The notes under the pieces are model-generated. The model made no database searches and had not been told where the DNA came from. It saw nothing but the letters and a program-made list of their open reading frames with translations. From positions 6,109 through 70,108 of the forward strand of contig JAPPMB010000164.1 in the NCBI GenBank assembly GCA_028819255.1: 64,000 bases of DNA, read 5' to 3'. A program made the translations under genes and the position numbers. This DNA comes from Bryobacterales bacterium. Its GTDB lineage: Bacteria; Acidobacteriota; Terriglobia; Bryobacterales; UBA6623. Shown here in pieces: positions 1 to 10,270 of the stretch (positions within the stretch are counted from its first letter, which is position 1; the number at the start of each line of letters is the position of its first letter).

Positions 1-152
1 GCGAGTCCCACGGCAGCGGCGCGGAGCCCCAGCATCGAGGTCCATTGTAGGGATTCCCGCCGGGAGGGCCGGGGACGGCTTCAGGCTTTAGTCCGCCGCG
101 CGAAACCTGCCGGCCCCGATCCCGGTCTGACTGAATCTGGAGTGCGTTTGCA

Positions 153-3100
153 ATGAGTCTCAAGCGGCCGTCGTGTTTAGGCGTGCTCGTCCTCGCTGCA
201 GTCGTCGTGGCTCTGGGCGGCGCTCCGTCTGCCCAGGGCGCTGAGGTCGGCCCGTACACCGTCGTCCTCGACGCGCCGTCCGTGGGGCAGAGGCTGTCGC
301 TGTCTCGCGGCAGGCCGGACCGTCCCACGCCGGCCCCCGTCGCACTCTCGGGCATGACGACGATGGCGCGGGCGGTCGCCAGGCAGCAACAGCCCCTGAT
401 CGCCTCTCTGGAAGATCTCGGCGCTGAGCCTCTCGGTTCCGTCCAAAACGTCCTCAATGCGGTCTTCGTCCGGGCGAGTCCGGCCCAGGCGAAGGCGATG
501 GCCTCGCTCCCGGGGGTCGCTTCCGTGGTGCGGAGCCGCAGATTTGAGCTCGAGCTCGATGCGGTCGCGGAGGTGATCGGCCTGGCCGCCGCCCGCTCCG
601 GCCTTGGGGGCGCGGACGCGACGGGAGCCGGAATCAAGATCGCCGTCATCGACTCGGGCCTCGACCTGGACCACGCGGCGTTCCGGGACGACACGATGCC
701 CGCCCTGCCCGGGTATCCGAAAGGCAGGCCCGAGCACCTGCGGTTCGCCAACAACAAGGTCGTCGCCCTGCGAACCTACCTCCACCTTCTGAATTCGGGC
801 GAGCCGGAAACCTCGACGCCGGATGACACATCGCCCTACGACGCGACCGGTCACGGCACGGCCGTGGCGATGGTCGCGGCGGGCGTGCGCACGGACTCGC
901 CCGCCGGCCCGCAGCAGGGTGTCGCTCCCGGGGCGCACCTCGGCGTCTACAAGGTCTCCGGCACGCCGGGGATCAACACACATGCGACATCGCACGCGAT
1001 CATCGCCGCGATCGACGACGCCGTTGCGGACGGCATGGACATCCTGAACCTCAGCCTCGGCGCGCCCGCCGCGACTCCGTGGGACGCACACGGGCAGGAA
1101 TGCGGAGAGCCGGATCCCTGGGTGGCCTGCGATCCCCTGGCGGTCGCCGCTCAGAGCGCGGTCGTGGACTTCGGCCGCGTGGTCGTCGCGGCTGCCGGAA
1201 ACTCGGCGGCGAGCGGACCGCTGGGCAGTCCCGCGCTCAACTCGGTTTCGACTCCGGCGATTGCGCCCGACGTGATTGCCGTTGCCGCAACCTGGAATTC
1301 CCGGGAGATTGTGCAGGGTGTCCGGGTGGGTTCCGCAGCCTATCCCGCCTTGAACGGCTCCGGGCCTGCAGTGCACGGTCCCCTGACGGCGCCCTTGGCA
1401 GTGGCGGGCGACTTCGGGCATCCTCTGGCGTGCGAACCCTTCCCGATCGGTTCCCTGGCCGGCCACATCGCCCTGGTGCGGAGGGGAGACTGCTTCTTCG
1501 AGGACAAGATCGAGAACGCCGACGCCGCCGGCGCCATCGCTGTGATCGTCTACGACGACCGGCCGGCCGACGAACTGGTGCGCATGGGGGCCATCGGCGA
1601 CACGGACATTCCGGCGTTCTTCATCGGCGGGAACGACGGCGGATCACTCGTTGCCAAGGTCCGCGAGTCGCAGCCGGGAGCGTCCCTCCATGTCACGCTC
1701 GACCCGTTTCTGGAAGCGCGTCCCACGAACTGGGCCCAGGTTGCCGAATTCAGCGGCAGGGGGCCCTCGCCGGGCCTCAACCTGAAGCCCGACGTCGCCG
1801 CTCCGGGGCTTTCCGTCTACACGGCCGCGGTGGGCCGGGCAGCCGGGCCTGCGGCGCGCGGTCACAGATCCTTTCGGGAGTCGGGCGGAACCAGCATGGC
1901 CGCGCCGGCCGTCGCGGGGGCGGCCGCGCTCGTCTGGCAGAGACATCCCCAGTTCACGGTGCGCGAGGTGGCGTCGGCTCTGATCAACACCGCGAGCCGG
2001 ACCGTTGTCGAGAACGGGGAGTTCGCGCGCCTGCCCTCCGTCGGATCCGGCCTGCTCAACGTGTCGGCGGCCCTGGAGCCGGTCGCGACCGTCGAGCCGC
2101 CGACCATCGCGTTCGGCGCGGTCGACGCCTCGGGGCTCCCGGCGTGGCAGGAAATCCTGGTGACCAACCGGACGACCCAGCCGCAGTCCTATCGGATGGC
2201 GGCGGAGCCTCGCGACCGCGACCCGTCGGCCTCGGTCGCCCTGGACGGGTTCCAGGACATCGGGTTCAGGCTGGACCCCGGGCAGCACGTGAGGATCCGT
2301 GTCTCCCTGGAGGGGACGGTCCCCTCGCCGGGCTCGTACGAGGGCTGGCTCAGGCTGTCGAGGAACGGGGGAGGATCGGATCTCCTGGTCCCCTACCTCT
2401 ATGTGGTCGGCGACGGGCAGGTCCGGAACGCCATCCCCGTGACCGAAGACTTCGAGATCGGAGCGTCCGGAGAGAGTGCCCGGAGGTATATCGGCGCGAA
2501 GTTCGTTGACCGCTACGGTGTTCCGGTGGCGTCTTTGCCCGTCCGGTTCATTGTCCGCGAGGGGAGCGCGCGCATCGGTTCCGCCGGCAGTGCGACGGAC
2601 GCGTACGGCGTCGCGCACGCAAGCGTGGAGTGGGGACCCATTCCGGGGCCGCAGGTGGTGGTCGCCGCTGCCGGCGGTCTGGAGGTTCCGTTTCACTTTG
2701 AGTCCGAAGGGGCAAGGCCGTCGGTCATCAGCGTCTTCAGCGGCGCAAGCTCCGAGACCGGGCGCCCTCTCGCCCCGGGCTCGCTGGTGGGGGTTTTCGG
2801 CACTGGATTCGCGCGGTTCGAGGGCGCTGCTCAAGCGGCCCCGTATCCGATCAAGCTCAAGTCGGTGAGTGCCAGCATGGACTTTCCCGAAATCCACCTG
2901 AGCCTTCCGGCGCCCCTGTACCACGTGCAGGGCGGGGTCATCGGGCTGCAGGTGCCTTGGGAGTTGGCCGGCCTGAACTTCGCCCACCTCAAGGTCCGCG
3001 TAGGAAACAGCTTCGGCGACGACTTCGTCTCGGATCCGATCGTCGTGGACCTGTCCGACGTCTCGCCGGGCATCTTCCTCCTCGACACCCCCCACGGCAG

Positions 3101-3440
3101 GGCTCCCGCCCTCGAGCACCCGGACGGGTCGCTGGTCTCGGCCTCCTCGCCGGCGCGGCGGGGTGACACTGTGACGATTCTAATGACGGGAAACGGCCCC
3201 CGACAGCGTCCGGTCGCGACAGGCTCCTCCTCAGGCGTCCTCAACGCGCTCGTTCACCGGCCGTCGGTCACCGTGGGCGGGATCCCGGCGAGGGTCACGT
3301 TCGCGGGGGCGGACCCAGCCGTGCCGGGGACGAGCAGGGTGCGATTCGTGGTGCCGGCCGATGCGCCGGCCGGCGCACCCGAGCTGGCAGTGACCGTGCA
3401 CGGATCCGAAAGCAATGCGGTCAGGCTGCCCCTGCAGTGA
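153..3440 (+). CDS. secreted subtilisin-like serine peptidase (S8) with PA-type insert and Solibacter-type C-terminal domain
   Basis: 1095-aa ORF with signal peptide (LGVLVLAAVVVALGGAPSAQG). S8 triad motifs AVIDSGLDLDH, HGTAVAMVAAG, GGTSMAAPAVAGAAALV. The last ~240 aa (PGSLVGVFGTGF...GGIPARVTFAGADPAVPGTSRV) match my memory of the acidobacterial TIGR03437-like tail. Confidence 0.9.
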   Translation: MSLKRPSCLGVLVLAAVVVALGGAPSAQGAEVGPYTVVLDAPSVGQRLSLSRGRPDRPTPAPVALSGMTTMARAVARQQQPLIASLEDLGAEPLGSVQNVLNAVFVRASPAQAKAMASLPGVASVVRSRRFELELDAVAEVIGLAAARSGLGGADATGAGIKIAVIDSGLDLDHAAFRDDTMPALPGYPKGRPEHLRFANNKVVALRTYLHLLNSGEPETSTPDDTSPYDATGHGTAVAMVAAGVRTDSPAGPQQGVAPGAHLGVYKVSGTPGINTHATSHAIIAAIDDAVADGMDILNLSLGAPAATPWDAHGQECGEPDPWVACDPLAVAAQSAVVDFGRVVVAAAGNSAASGPLGSPALNSVSTPAIAPDVIAVAATWNSREIVQGVRVGSAAYPALNGSGPAVHGPLTAPLAVAGDFGHPLACEPFPIGSLAGHIALVRRGDCFFEDKIENADAAGAIAVIVYDDRPADELVRMGAIGDTDIPAFFIGGNDGGSLVAKVRESQPGASLHVTLDPFLEARPTNWAQVAEFSGRGPSPGLNLKPDVAAPGLSVYTAAVGRAAGPAARGHRSFRESGGTSMAAPAVAGAAALVWQRHPQFTVREVASALINTASRTVVENGEFARLPSVGSGLLNVSAALEPVATVEPPTIAFGAVDASGLPAWQEILVTNRTTQPQSYRMAAEPRDRDPSASVALDGFQDIGFRLDPGQHVRIRVSLEGTVPSPGSYEGWLRLSRNGGGSDLLVPYLYVVGDGQVRNAIPVTEDFEIGASGESARRYIGAKFVDRYGVPVASLPVRFIVREGSARIGSAGSATDAYGVAHASVEWGPIPGPQVVVAAAGGLEVPFHFESEGARPSVISVFSGASSETGRPLAPGSLVGVFGTGFARFEGAAQAAPYPIKLKSVSASMDFPEIHLSLPAPLYHVQGGVIGLQVPWELAGLNFAHLKVRVGNSFGDDFVSDPIVVDLSDVSPGIFLLDTPHGRAPALEHPDGSLVSASSPARRGDTVTILMTGNGPRQRPVATGSSSGVLNALVHRPSVTVGGIPARVTFAGADPAVPGTSRVRFVVPADAPAGAPELAVTVHGSESNAVRLPLQ

Positions 3441-3446
3441 TCCCGG

Positions 3447-4103
3447 CTACCTGTTCCCGAGCTTTTCTCCCGGCCGAAGGAGGGAGGGGCGCTTTCGCTC
3501 GTATTCTGTGGCCTCTTCCTGCTGTGCCGCCTCGTCCCGGCGGGCTTCGCGTCGCCGCTCGGGGGCCATCCGCTCCCGCTGGCGCTGTTTCTCGACCTCA
3601 TCCTGCCGCGCGACCTCCCGCTTGCGTTCGCCGAGGTCCTCCTCCAGCAGCTCGATGCTGTCGTGCGTGATGCCGATCGCATCCTCAAGGACGAACTCGT
3701 AGCGCCACGCGTCGGCCTCGGGCTCAGCCGCGATCGCCGCCAGCCGGGTCGCGAAGCCGCGTTCCGCGGCGAGCAGGTCCGCCAGTGCCCCGTCCATCTT
3801 GCGGTTGCGGAGCAGGGCATCGTCGATCACATCGTCGATCGCCTGGATGATCGAGCCGTATTCCTTGAGCGTGCGGTGCACCTTGGCGCCGCGGCCTGCC
3901 TCGTCCTCGTCCATCGACTGGTCGAGCAACTCCAGCCGCAGAGCCGCAAACTTCGTGTACGCCTCGATGCGGTCTTTGAATTCCTGGCGTTCGCGCAGGA
4001 CATCGACCTCGTAGTCGGTCAGGAAGTCGCGTGCGCCCACGAATTCCTGGGCATCCAGGGATCCCAGGAGTAGGACGGCTAGGGCGAACGCAAGTCTCGA
4101 CAT
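3447..4103 (-). CDS. hypothetical secreted all-helical protein with highly charged C-terminus
   Basis: 218-aa ORF with signal peptide MSRLAFALAVLLLGSLDAQ and a Glu/Arg-rich tail. Convergent with the protease gene (6-nt gap). No family recognised. Confidence 0.6.
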   Translation of the reverse strand: MSRLAFALAVLLLGSLDAQEFVGARDFLTDYEVDVLRERQEFKDRIEAYTKFAALRLELLDQSMDEDEAGRGAKVHRTLKEYGSIIQAIDDVIDDALLRNRKMDGALADLLAAERGFATRLAAIAAEPEADAWRYEFVLEDAIGITHDSIELLEEDLGERKREVARQDEVEKQRQRERMAPERRREARRDEAAQQEEATEYERKRPSLLRPGEKLGNR

Positions 4104-4118
4104 GGCTCCCCACTCACT

Positions 4119-4568
4119 CTACTTTCTCTTGCTCATGATTCCAAGCAGCAGGTCCGCATTTGCCTTCTCGATCCGCCGAATCGGATCGTCGAAGTCCGCC
4201 TGATCGAGGAGGTGCGCCTCGATCCGGGCCTCGCGCAGCCGCTCGAGCAGCTCCCGCGTGCGGATTTCCGCGTGCTTGAAGTGGCGGGGGTGGCGACGAG
4301 GATGCTTGCCTGTCGATTGCAGGGAGGCGACCGCCGTCTCGACCGCCTCGGCGATCAGTTCCAGCGCCTCGCCGCCGGCCTCGGCGTCGTCTGCGCCGTA
4401 GGCGTCCATCGCGGCGTCGAACTGCGACCTGGCCAGCTGGATCGCCTCTCGGGAACGCTTCACCAGATCGGGGATCGAGCGGATCCGGTCCAGGTCGGTG
4501 CGCTGCGCTCCTAGGCGGACGGCTGCTGTCGCCAGCAGCGCGGCCGCGGCCAACAACCTGCGCGTCAT
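4119..4568 (-). CDS. hypothetical small secreted helical protein
   Basis: Internal ATG at 4568 gives MTRRLLAAAALLATAAVRLGAQ (signal peptide). This ATG overlaps the TGA of the upstream TPR gene (ATGA overlap at 4565-4568). The upstream part of the 245-aa track ORF looks non-coding. Confidence 0.55.
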   Translation of the reverse strand: MTRRLLAAAALLATAAVRLGAQRTDLDRIRSIPDLVKRSREAIQLARSQFDAAMDAYGADDAEAGGEALELIAEAVETAVASLQSTGKHPRRHPRHFKHAEIRTRELLERLREARIEAHLLDQADFDDPIRRIEKANADLLLGIMSKRK

Positions 4569-5833
4569 CGCTTGGAAAGCACCTTCCCGATCGTCTTCAG
4601 CCGCTGTTCCGCCTTCCAGGTCTCGTCCTCCATGTCGGGCCGCATGGCGAGGAACCCGCGGTAGGCCTCCGCGGCCTGCTCGTACTGCTGGAGCCTGTCC
4701 CAGGCAAGCGCCTTGAGGTAGGCGGTTGCAGCCGCGGCAGGTCCGAGCTTCTCCGCTTCCTGGATCGCGCGCAGCGAGGCCTGGAAATTCCCCAGCTGGA
4801 ACATGGCGAATGCCAGTCCGTTCCAACCGTCCAGGTGCTTCGGATCGGCCTCGCATGCGGCCAGGTATTCCCGGGCGGCGAGTTCGAACTCCCTCCGCTG
4901 CAGAAGGGCGTTGGCGTGCCGGACGCGCTTGTCCGGATCCCCCGGAGCGGCTCCCGCCGCAAGACGGAGCTGGTCGTACGCCAGGTCGGGTTTGCCCGCT
5001 CGCCGGTAGGCCTCGGCCAGGGCCGCGTGGCGCTCGGCTGTCGGCTCGATGGCCACCGAGCGCTCCAGCGCCGGGGTCGACGAGCGAACGTTGCCTTCCT
5101 CCAGCAGGCGGATGCCGACTTCCTCCTGCGCAGCCGCGTCGTCAGGGCGCAGTCGGGCGACGCGCCGGTACAGCTCCGTCGCGTCGTGTCTGGCCCCCGC
5201 CTCGTCGAGACGGGCCGCAATGTCCGGGAGCAGCTCCGCGAACCGCGGATCGATGCCCGCGGCCCGGATGTAGCGCGGAACCGCCTCATGCAGCCGTCCG
5301 GCCGCATCCAGCGTCCGGGCGAGATCGACGAGCGTTTCCGCCGACTCGCCCTCGATCTCCAGAATCTGCTCAAAGGCTCCAGCCGCGCCCCCGGGGTTGC
5401 CGGCCTCTGTGTGGGCGGCGGCGAGCAGGCGCAGGACCTGAGTGTCGCCCGGTTGCGCCCCGGAAATCGCCTTGTACTCCGCCGCCGCCTCTCCAAACTG
5501 CCCGGAGCGCATGAGAAGGCCGGCGAGATTCCGGCGCGCGGAAAGCAGTTCCGGCTGCTGGGCGGCGATCAGGCGGTAGTGTCGGATCGCGCCTGCATGG
5601 TCGCCCGTGGACTGGCAGGCGAAAGCGAGATTGAATCGCGCGTTGACGTTGTCGGGCTCGCTCTCGAGCGCCGACTCGAGATGCGGGATCGCTGCCGCGT
5701 AGTCGTCCTTCTCGAGTGCTTCCGCGGCTTCACGCAGCGCGTCGGCCGCCGCCGGGGCTGCGAGGGAAAGGAACACGGCGATTCCGATGATCCGGCACAC
5801 GCTGTCCTTGCAGTGTATCAGCGCCTGCGGCAC
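4565..5833 (-). CDS. TPR repeat protein (secreted)
   Basis: Multiple 34-aa TPR-like repeats (AAIPHLESALESEPDNVNARFNLAFACQSTGD...). Start placed at GTG 5833 because the track ORF otherwise overlaps the upstream isomerase gene. Hydrophobic N-terminus RIIGIAVFLSLAAPAAA. Start uncertain. Confidence 0.75.
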   Translation of the reverse strand: MPQALIHCKDSVCRIIGIAVFLSLAAPAAADALREAAEALEKDDYAAAIPHLESALESEPDNVNARFNLAFACQSTGDHAGAIRHYRLIAAQQPELLSARRNLAGLLMRSGQFGEAAAEYKAISGAQPGDTQVLRLLAAAHTEAGNPGGAAGAFEQILEIEGESAETLVDLARTLDAAGRLHEAVPRYIRAAGIDPRFAELLPDIAARLDEAGARHDATELYRRVARLRPDDAAAQEEVGIRLLEEGNVRSSTPALERSVAIEPTAERHAALAEAYRRAGKPDLAYDQLRLAAGAAPGDPDKRVRHANALLQRREFELAAREYLAACEADPKHLDGWNGLAFAMFQLGNFQASLRAIQEAEKLGPAAAATAYLKALAWDRLQQYEQAAEAYRGFLAMRPDMEDETWKAEQRLKTIGKVLSKR

Positions 5834-5847
5834 GCAGGAGGCACCCT

Positions 5848-6714
5848 TCAGCCCAGGTTCCGCAGGCTGTTCAGCAGCCCGATCGCCTCTCGGATGTCGG
5901 CCCGCTGCTCCTCCCCGACGATTTCCCGCTCGATAGTCAGCGGCCCGGTGTAGCCCGCCCCTCGAAGGGCTTCGACGTATCCGGCCATTCCCACGGCTCC
6001 CGCACCCAGCGGCGTCTCTCGCCCCCATTCGCCCGGAGTTTCCGGCCATGTTCCGTCCTTGCAGTGCACAGTGAGGAGATGGTCCTTGAGAGCCTCCAAG
6101 GCCTCAAGCGGCTCGCCCGATCCGTAGAGAATCATGTTCGCCGGGTCGAAGTTGATGCCGATGTTCGGCCGGTCTACCGCACGCAGGAACTCGAGGAGCT
6201 CGGCTGCGGGCTCCTGCCCGGTCTCCAGCGCAAAGGTCTGCCCGTTCTTGGCGCAGTGGTCGCACACTCTCCTCACCAGCCCGAGCACCTCGAGGTGGTC
6301 CGGCGCGTCGGGGTTCGAAGGCAGGCATCCGATGTGCGTCGCCAGTCCGGGAATCCCCAGGTCGCGCGCAAAGTCCGAGACCTCGTAGGTCCGCCTCTCG
6401 CGTTCCTCCCTGGTATCGGCCGGCACGTATCCGACGGTCCGGGCGCAGATCGGAATCGAAGCGTAGCTCTCGCCCCGGAATCCGGTGAATGCCGTGACAA
6501 CCCGGAAGTCCCGGCTCTCCAGCGCGGAACGCCATGCGGCCGCGCTCACTGGGCCGAGATCGGCGTTGCCGTGCACGCCAAGCTGCCCGCAGCTCACGCC
6601 CAGCGAACTGACCGACTCGACGATCTCGTCCGGGGTCGCCTCGAACCCGAGGTCTCCGCCAGTCCAGAACATCAGCCCAACCTGCAGGGGCTCCAAGCCT
6701 CGCATGCCCGTCAT
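5848..6714 (-). CDS. sugar phosphate isomerase/epimerase (xylose isomerase-like TIM barrel)
   Basis: 288-aa ORF. Motif content typical of the AP-endonuclease-2/xylose-isomerase-like TIM barrel family (LATHIGCLP, FALETGQEP, INFDPANMILYG). Confidence 0.8.
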   Translation of the reverse strand: MTGMRGLEPLQVGLMFWTGGDLGFEATPDEIVESVSSLGVSCGQLGVHGNADLGPVSAAAWRSALESRDFRVVTAFTGFRGESYASIPICARTVGYVPADTREERERRTYEVSDFARDLGIPGLATHIGCLPSNPDAPDHLEVLGLVRRVCDHCAKNGQTFALETGQEPAAELLEFLRAVDRPNIGINFDPANMILYGSGEPLEALEALKDHLLTVHCKDGTWPETPGEWGRETPLGAGAVGMAGYVEALRGAGYTGPLTIEREIVGEEQRADIREAIGLLNSLRNLG

Positions 6715-6741
6715 TCTAGGCCCTCGGCACCGTGAGGGCCG

Positions 6742-7887
6742 TCACCCGACATCCACCCAGGCCGCTTCCCTGGAGCTGCACAGAACGGCTTCGACAAGTC
6801 GCAGCTGCCTCAGGCCGGCCTCGAATCCCGGCAGGGCGCCCGCGAGGGAGCGGTCGCGACAGGCCGCGTAGAAGCGCCGGAAGAACTGCTTGAACGTGTC
6901 CGAGTAGCCCTCGGCGTGGCCGCCGGGCAGATCCGCGAACGTTCTGGCCTCTGCCTCCAGCAGCGACGGATCCTTGACCAGCAGCTCGTTGTTTCCGTCG
7001 CGTCGGCCGATCCAGAGTTCATTCGGCCTCTCGCCGTCCCACGCCAGTCCGCGGCGCGTGCCGTGGATCTCGACCTGCAGGCGGTTCTTGCGGCCGGCCG
7101 CGACCTGGTTGACGGTCACGACGCCCCGGGCGTTCCCGTCGAACCGGAGCAGGATGGCTCCATAGTCCTCGGTCGAGATCGGACGGTCTTCGTAGTCGTC
7201 CGGCGAGAGCATCTTGCCCGCATAGGTCTCGATTGGGCGCTTCGGCTTCTTGCGGACCGGGTGGAAAGTGGCCAGATCTGCGCACACCCGCTGGATCCGC
7301 CGTCCGGTCACGTGCTCCACAAGGTCGCACCAGTGCGATCCGATGTCGGCCATGGCCCTCGAGGCGCCGCCAACCTCGGGCTCGAGGCGCCAGTTGTAGT
7401 CCGTGTCGTAGAAGAGCCAGTCCTGCACATAGCTTCCCTGCACGGCGAGGATCTCGCCGACCGCTTCCGTGGCGACCATGCGGCGCATCTGCGCCACGTT
7501 CGGATAGAAGCGCAGGTTGTAGCTGGTCGCGTTCACGACGCCTTTCGCGCGTGCCAGGCCGACCAGCTCCGACGCCTCCTCGACCGACATGGCCAGCGGC
7601 TTCTCGCAGATCACGTGCTTGCCCGCCGAGACTGCGTCGCGGACGATGGGGAAGTGCGTCATGTTCGGCGTGCAGACGTGCACCACGTCAATCGAGGGAT
7701 CGGCGAGAAGCTCGCGGTAGTCGCCTGTGGCCCTGTCGATGCCGAGCGTCTCGCCGAAGCGCGCCGCGAGGTCGGCGGTCTGGTCAGCGATCGCCACCAG
7801 CTCGGCGTCCGTCTGTCGCCGGATGTTCTCCACGTGCACCCGGCCGACGAACCCCGTGCCGATCACTGCCACGCGTAGTTTTTCCAT
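6742..7887 (-). CDS. Gfo/Idh/MocA family oxidoreductase
   Basis: N-terminal Rossmann motif MEKLRVAVIGTGFVGRVHVENI, followed by VICEKPLA, typical of the family. Confidence 0.9.
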   Translation of the reverse strand: MEKLRVAVIGTGFVGRVHVENIRRQTDAELVAIADQTADLAARFGETLGIDRATGDYRELLADPSIDVVHVCTPNMTHFPIVRDAVSAGKHVICEKPLAMSVEEASELVGLARAKGVVNATSYNLRFYPNVAQMRRMVATEAVGEILAVQGSYVQDWLFYDTDYNWRLEPEVGGASRAMADIGSHWCDLVEHVTGRRIQRVCADLATFHPVRKKPKRPIETYAGKMLSPDDYEDRPISTEDYGAILLRFDGNARGVVTVNQVAAGRKNRLQVEIHGTRRGLAWDGERPNELWIGRRDGNNELLVKDPSLLEAEARTFADLPGGHAEGYSDTFKQFFRRFYAACRDRSLAGALPGFEAGLRQLRLVEAVLCSSREAAWVDVG

Positions 7888-8146
7888 GAGCGGAATCCTC
7901 TCCTTCGGCCCCGCCGCGGTGGATCGACGTGCGGCCAGTACCCGAGTTTAGGCGCCACGGACGCGCGAATTCAACCCAAGGGATCGGCGGGCGGCAGGCG
8001 AGCCCGAACTGCGGTACACTACGCATGGAATCTCGGGCACGACCGCTTGGTCCGGGCGCCGTTCCGGCACCGTGAGAGGCTTTGCCGCACCGCCTCGAAA
8101 CGCGGTCTCCGGTCCGCTGTCAGGGCCCGACGACGAGGTTGGCAAA

Positions 8147-9172
8147 ATGGCGCTTCGCTCCCTTCTGTCGCTGTTTTCCCACGATCTCGCGGTGGACCTC
8201 GGCACGGCGAACACCCTTGTTTACGTTGGCGAGGACGGCGTCGTCATCAACGAGCCGTCCATCGTCGCGATCAACAACATCACCGGAGGGGTCGAGGCAA
8301 TCGGCTCCGAGGCCAAGCGAATGCTTGGCCGCACCCCCGGATCCATCACCGCGATCCGACCGATGAAGGACGGCGTGATCGCTGACTTCAAGGTCGCCGA
8401 GCGGATGCTGACGTACTTCATCACCAAGGCGCACAATCGCAGGATGCTCGTCTATCCCCGAATCATCATCGGGGTGCCGAGTCAGATCACGCTCGTCGAG
8501 CGGAGGGCCGTGGTCGACACCGCGATGAGGGCCAGTGCCAGCGAAGTCCACCTCGTCGAGCAGGCCATGATGGCGGCCATAGGAGCAGGACTGCCCGTCA
8601 CCGAGCCGGCCGGGAGCATGGTTGTGGACATCGGGGGCGGCACAACCGACATTGCCGTGATTTCACTCTCGGGAATCGTCACTTCCCGGTCCGTCGCTGT
8701 GGCCGGAAACGCCCTGGACGAGGCGATCATGCATTATCTTAAGCGTAAGTACAATTTCATGATCGGCGAGCACACGGCGGAGAAGATCAAGATTGCGATC
8801 GGCTCGGCCAGCAAGCTCGACAGTCCGCTGACGCTGGAGGTCAAGGGCCGCAACCTTGCGCAAGGTGTGCCGGGAGCGCTGACGGTTTCAGACGACGAGG
8901 TCCGCGAGGCAATCTCTGACGGCGTGGACCGCATCATGATCGCGATCCGCGAGGCCCTGGAGAATACGCCGCCCGAATTGAGCGGGGACATTTGCGACCG
9001 GGGCATTGTGCTCACCGGCGGCGGGGCCTACCTGCGGAATCTGGACATGCGCATCCGCGAGGAGACCGGAGTTCCTGTCTCGGTGGCGGAAAGCCCCCTC
9101 GAGTGCGTGGTCATGGGAACGGGTACAATCTTGGACGATATCAATCTGCTGCAGCGGATATCGCTCACCTAG
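8147..9172 (+). CDS. mreB: rod shape-determining protein MreB
   Basis: ATG at 8147 gives MALRSLLSLFSHDLAVDLGTANTLVYV, an actin-fold ATPase. Motifs VVDIGGGTTDIAVISL and IVLTGGGAYLRNLD. The track start at 8072 adds a non-conserved leader. Confidence 0.95.
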   Translation: MALRSLLSLFSHDLAVDLGTANTLVYVGEDGVVINEPSIVAINNITGGVEAIGSEAKRMLGRTPGSITAIRPMKDGVIADFKVAERMLTYFITKAHNRRMLVYPRIIIGVPSQITLVERRAVVDTAMRASASEVHLVEQAMMAAIGAGLPVTEPAGSMVVDIGGGTTDIAVISLSGIVTSRSVAVAGNALDEAIMHYLKRKYNFMIGEHTAEKIKIAIGSASKLDSPLTLEVKGRNLAQGVPGALTVSDDEVREAISDGVDRIMIAIREALENTPPELSGDICDRGIVLTGGGAYLRNLDMRIREETGVPVSVAESPLECVVMGTGTILDDINLLQRISLT

Positions 9173-9199
9173 AGGAACCAACTAAGCAAAGAGAGATCG

Positions 9200-10270
9200 G
9201 TGCCGTCCAGAATCAGACGGAATCTTGGCGAGGTCCTGCTCGTGGGGCTCGTTGCCGGCCAGATCCTGATGGTCGGCCACCAGGTGCGGACCGAAAGCGG
9301 GGGATCGCGCCTGCAGCACTGGATTGGCGCGATGGTGGCTCCCGTCCGGCATGGCGCGGGGGCCGTGTTCGGCGCTGTCAGGCGGCCGCTCGACCAATTT
9401 GTGGCGCTGCTTGGCGCCGAGGAGGAGAACCGGCTGCTGGACGCCGAGTCCGACCGACTCCGCATGGAAAACCACTTTCTCCGGCAGAAACTGCTGCGCT
9501 TCGAGACCCGGGCCGATCTTGAGGCCTACAGCGCAAGTCTCCAGTCGGCGGTCCTGACCGCCACCGTGATCGCTCACGGACCGAGCCGGTCCGCAAGGGA
9601 GGTCTTCCTCGACCGAGGTCGCAACGAAGGCGTGCGGCCGGGCATGGCCGTGATCACCACGGCCGGCATCGCAGGCAAGGTCGAGGTCGTTCACGACTCG
9701 ACCAGCATGATCCTGCTGATCAGCGACCCGGAGGCCGGCGCGGGAATCGTTCTCGGCCGATCCGGGGAACTGGGCGTCCTTCGCGGCACCGGCCGGCCCA
9801 CCTGCCGTGTCGAGTACGTCGGCCGCGACGTGCCCGTCGCGCGCGGCGATCCTGTGTTCACCTCCGGTCTGGACGGCATCTTTCCGCGCGGTCTGCCCGT
9901 CGGCCGGGTGGTCGCCGTCCAGCCGCGCGCCGAAACGCAGTTCGTCGAGGTGCGCCCGTTCGCCGACCTGGACCATATCAGCGAGGTGCTGGTGGTGCTC
10001 CGCGCCGCCCGCGAGAAGCTCCCGGACGATGTCCGCGACGCGTTCGCCAAGGCGAACGCTTTGCCGGAGGGCGACGGCGGGGCGGCGGCAATCGCACTGG
10101 AGACGCATGCGGACCGCGTCAAGGAGGCGTACCGGGCCACGGTTGCCGCACAGGGCAAGAAGGTCGGCGCGCCGAACTACGGCACCGGGGTTCCCGATTT
10201 CAGGGCAGTTGCTGATCCGCGCCGCGCACTCCGTTCCGCCGGAAAGGGTGATCTTCGGGAGTTGCGCTAA
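9200..10270 (+). CDS. mreC: rod shape-determining protein MreC
   Basis: Lies immediately after mreB. N-terminal TM segment, coiled coil (ENRLLDAESDRLRMENHFLRQKL), then beta-barrel segments (GMAVITTAGIAGKVEVV, PVFTSGLDGIFPRGLPVGRV). Confidence 0.85.
   Translation: MPSRIRRNLGEVLLVGLVAGQILMVGHQVRTESGGSRLQHWIGAMVAPVRHGAGAVFGAVRRPLDQFVALLGAEEENRLLDAESDRLRMENHFLRQKLLRFETRADLEAYSASLQSAVLTATVIAHGPSRSAREVFLDRGRNEGVRPGMAVITTAGIAGKVEVVHDSTSMILLISDPEAGAGIVLGRSGELGVLRGTGRPTCRVEYVGRDVPVARGDPVFTSGLDGIFPRGLPVGRVVAVQPRAETQFVEVRPFADLDHISEVLVVLRAAREKLPDDVRDAFAKANALPEGDGGAAAIALETHADRVKEAYRATVAAQGKKVGAPNYGTGVPDFRAVADPRRALRSAGKGDLRELR

Noticed and set aside
177-3119. Long ORFs antisense to or out of frame with the S8 protease gene (177-1466 minus, 1079-2509 plus, 1644-3119 minus).
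   Set aside because: They are Arg/Pro/Gly-rich with no motifs. They fully overlap a gene that has clear catalytic motifs. This is a typical high-GC absence-of-stops artefact.
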